Shown in pieces: positions 1 through 516 of a stretch of 516 bases of DNA (position 1 is its first letter; each line of letters begins with the position of its first letter). The notes beneath the pieces are model-generated. The model ran no database searches and was not told where the DNA came from. It saw nothing but the letters and a program-made list of their open reading frames with translations. The position numbers and the translations under genes are program-made. This DNA is from Escherichia coli (lineage in GTDB: Bacteria; Pseudomonadota; Gammaproteobacteria; Enterobacterales; Enterobacteriaceae). The stretch lies in the NCBI RefSeq assembly GCF_003334815.1, contig NZ_QOWO01000129.1; one strand, 5' to 3'.

Positions 1-113
1 TATGCAAGATTTGCCTGAACAGCACGATTCTGCATGATGTCGATTTGTGCGATTGCGTCCTTCTGCTGATCACCGGTTGGCTGATAAGTGGTGTTAAAAG
101 AAAATGCGCTCAT
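1..113 (-). CDS. N-terminal ~37 codons of a protein-coding gene (hypothetical protein); gene continues leftward beyond position 1
   Basis: ATG at 113..111 on the minus strand, preceded by AGGAGG (118..123) with a 4-nt spacer. An in-frame stop lies upstream at 149..147, so this ATG is the first start in the frame, and the frame stays open to position 1. Translation: MSAFSFNTTYQPTGDQQKDAIAQIDIMQNRAVQANLA. I do not recognise the family. The plus-strand frame 3 is also open over 3..131 but gives a Cys-rich peptide with no start, so the minus strand is favoured. The gene is absent from the supplied ORF track, presumably because it is edge-truncated. Confidence 0.55.
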   Translation of the reverse strand, partial: MSAFSFNTTYQPTGDQQKDAIAQIDIMQNRAVQANLA

Positions 114-117
114 GTTT

Positions 118-123
118 CCTCCT
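118..123 (-). promoter_or_regulatory. Shine-Dalgarno sequence (AGGAGG) for the minus-strand CDS starting at 113
   Basis: Plus-strand CCTCCT at 118..123 is AGGAGG on the minus strand, 4 nt upstream of the ATG. The spacer is on the short side but the SD core is perfect. Confidence 0.6.
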
Positions 124-143
124 GTGTTTAATGTTTTCAGCCC

Positions 144-158
144 CCATCACCCGTTGAG
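144..158. repeat. Direct repeat copy 1: CCATCACCCGTTGAG
   Basis: Matches 220..235 (CCATCACCCGTTTGAG) apart from one extra T. The copies start 76 bp apart, in the region upstream of the minus-strand gene. Confidence 0.8.
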
Positions 159-172
159 TTTCGGGAGCCGCG

Positions 173-188
173 GTTTTGACGTTTTGCG
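173..188. repeat. Tandem octamer GTTTTGAC-GTTTTGCG
   Basis: Two adjacent 8-mers differing at one position. The second copy starts the TTTTGCGG motif that recurs at 327..334, as a variant at 503..511 and inverted at 293..300. TTGACG (176..181) resembles a -35 hexamer, but I found no convincing -10 at 16-18 bp spacing. Confidence 0.55.
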
Positions 189-219
189 GGGACCTGCCGT
201 TTGTTCCCTCCGGTATTAA

Positions 220-235
220 CCATCACCCGTTTGAG
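220..235. repeat. Direct repeat copy 2: CCATCACCCGTTTGAG
   Basis: 15/16 identity with 144..158, with a single T insertion. Candidate paired protein-binding sites; function not established. Confidence 0.8.
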
Positions 236-292
236 AACCTTCGCCGCAAGGGGCATCACTGCCACGACCGGAAACGACTGTCCGGGGGCAGA

Positions 293-334
293 CCGCAAAA
301 GTTTTTGCCTGCTTTTGGGCAAAAAGTTTTGCGG
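293..334. repeat. 42-nt imperfect palindrome / hairpin-capable inverted repeat
   Basis: Arms 293..311 and 316..334 pair as 293-300 with 327-334 (8 bp), one G/G mismatch at 301/326, 302-309 with 318-325 (8 bp), and two G-U wobbles at 310/317 and 311/316, around a CTTT loop (312..315). That is 16 Watson-Crick pairs. No U-tract follows on either strand, so it does not look like an intrinsic terminator; an operator-type dyad or RNA hairpin is more likely. Confidence 0.85.
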
Positions 335-339
335 GATGT
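327..339. repeat. Direct repeat TTTTGCGGGATGT (left copy; partner at 503..516)
   Basis: Near-identical to TTTTGCCGGGATGC at 503..516 with one extra C. The two copies flank the GC-rich domain. The core CGGGATGT (332..339) is also the reverse complement of ACATCCCG (489..496). Confidence 0.75.
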
Positions 340-489
340 ACATTTCACCCCTGGACTGGCGGAGACGGTTGTGGCTGTCTGTGCCCCCGGCGACAGGGAC
401 TCATACGGGTGTGTGGCACCGGACACAACAACGGGCAGGGACCCGCCGCAACGACGAAGAGCGCGTGCGCGAAACGGCGTTGCCCCTCA

Positions 490-515
490 CATCCCGGCGG
501 CCTTTTGCCGGGATG
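490..515. other. GC-rich stem-loop (9-bp stem, 8-nt loop); function undetermined
   Basis: 490-498 (CATCCCGGC) pairs perfectly with 507-515 (GCCGGGATG), with 7 of 9 pairs G-C, around loop GGCCTTTT. The window ends at 516, so a plus-strand U-tract cannot be checked. There is no U-tract on the minus-strand side (the reverse complement of 480..489 is TGAGGGGCAA). Confidence 0.7.
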
Positions 516-516
516 C
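503..516. repeat. Direct repeat TTTTGCCGGGATGC (right copy; partner at 327..339)
   Basis: See 327..339. This copy also forms the 3' arm of the 490..515 stem-loop. Confidence 0.75.

Larger units (their letters stand above)
340..516. other. GC-rich (~67%) apparently non-coding domain; candidate structured RNA or part of an acquired/inserted element; strand undetermined
   Basis: Much higher GC than the adjacent coding sequence. There is no complete ORF; all three minus-strand frames contain a stop (TCA on the plus strand at 345, 401, 487), and the plus-strand frames are open but lack a credible start and use many rare Arg codons. Hand-found complementary segments include 368-373/424-429, 381-385/415-419, 448-453/478-483 and 443-448/495-500. 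The domain is bracketed by the complementary 332..339 and 489..496 segments. Confidence 0.35.

Noticed and set aside
3-131. Plus-strand frame 3, open from the window edge to TAA at 129-131, as a possible C-terminus of a plus-strand gene
   Set aside because: The translation is Cys-rich (CKICLNSTILHDVDLCDCVLLL...) with no protein-like character, whereas the opposite strand has a canonical AGGAGG-ATG start and a more plausible peptide. The minus-strand reading is preferred.
176-219. Sigma-70 promoter calls (TTGACG at 176-181; TATTAA at 214-219; TACATT at 339-344)
   Set aside because: No -35/-10 pair with 16-18 bp spacing and good hexamers could be assembled by eye. These are mentioned only as weak candidates, not annotated.
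293-334. Long hairpin as an intrinsic terminator
   Set aside because: No U-rich tract is adjacent on either strand (plus downstream GATGTACATTT, minus downstream TCTGCCCCCG), and the stem has an A/T-rich core unlike typical terminators. An operator or other dyad site is more plausible.
137-343. 68-aa minus-strand ORF from the six-frame track (MYIPQNFLPKSRQKLLRSAPGQSFPVVAVMPLAAKVLKRVMVNTGGNKRQVPAKRQNRGSRNSTGDGG)
   Set aside because: It runs straight through the 42-nt palindrome, the direct repeats and the TTTTGCGG motifs. The peptide is very basic, Gly/Arg-rich and low in complexity, with many rare codons (AGG, CGG, CGA, GGA, GGG). The only SD-like sequence (GGGGTG) sits 2 nt from the ATG. 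It is most likely a chance ORF in GC-rich non-coding DNA, though a small basic protein cannot be fully excluded without homologs.
490-515. Stem-loop as a Rho-independent terminator
   Set aside because: No U-tract follows within the window on the plus strand, since the window ends at 516, and none follows on the minus strand. It is kept as a structural element only.
336-516. Plus-strand ORF from ATG 336 running off the window (MYISPLDWRRRLWLSVPPATGTHTGVW...)
   Set aside because: There is no Shine-Dalgarno, since the ATG is embedded directly in TTTTGCGGGATG. The peptide is Arg/Trp-rich and low in complexity, consistent with random translation of GC-rich DNA.
327-516. MITE or IS-like insertion with target-site duplication (direct repeats 327-339 and 503-516)
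   Set aside because: The sequence immediately inside the direct repeats does not form a terminal inverted repeat and there is no transposase. The 332-339/489-496 inverted pair is not flanked by matching duplications. An insertion remains possible but is unsupported.
1-516. CRISPR array, tRNA, rRNA or tmRNA
   Set aside because: There are no regularly spaced repeat-spacer units and no cloverleaf or T-loop (GGTTCGAAT-type) signature. The repeats present are irregular in length and spacing.

Overview
This 516-bp window holds the 5' end of one probable minus-strand gene (1..113, reading leftward out of the window, with an AGGAGG ribosome-binding site) followed by about 400 bp with no convincing ORF. 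GC content rises stepwise across the window, by hand count about 45% in the coding part, 55% in 121..340 and 67% in 341..516. The non-coding part is dense with repeats and dyad symmetries: a 15/16-nt direct repeat pair (144..158 and 220..235), a TTTTGCGG motif family on both strands, a 42-nt near-perfect palindrome (293..334), and three mutually complementary 8-9-nt segments (332..339, 489..496, 508..515) that bracket the GC-rich domain and allow alternative pairings. I read the right-hand part as a candidate structured non-coding RNA or RNA-level regulatory element, possibly part of an acquired element, but I cannot assign it to a known family from sequence alone. No rRNA, tRNA, CRISPR array or recognisable transposase or IS end is present. 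All structural claims are hand-derived base-pairing; nothing was folded or searched.
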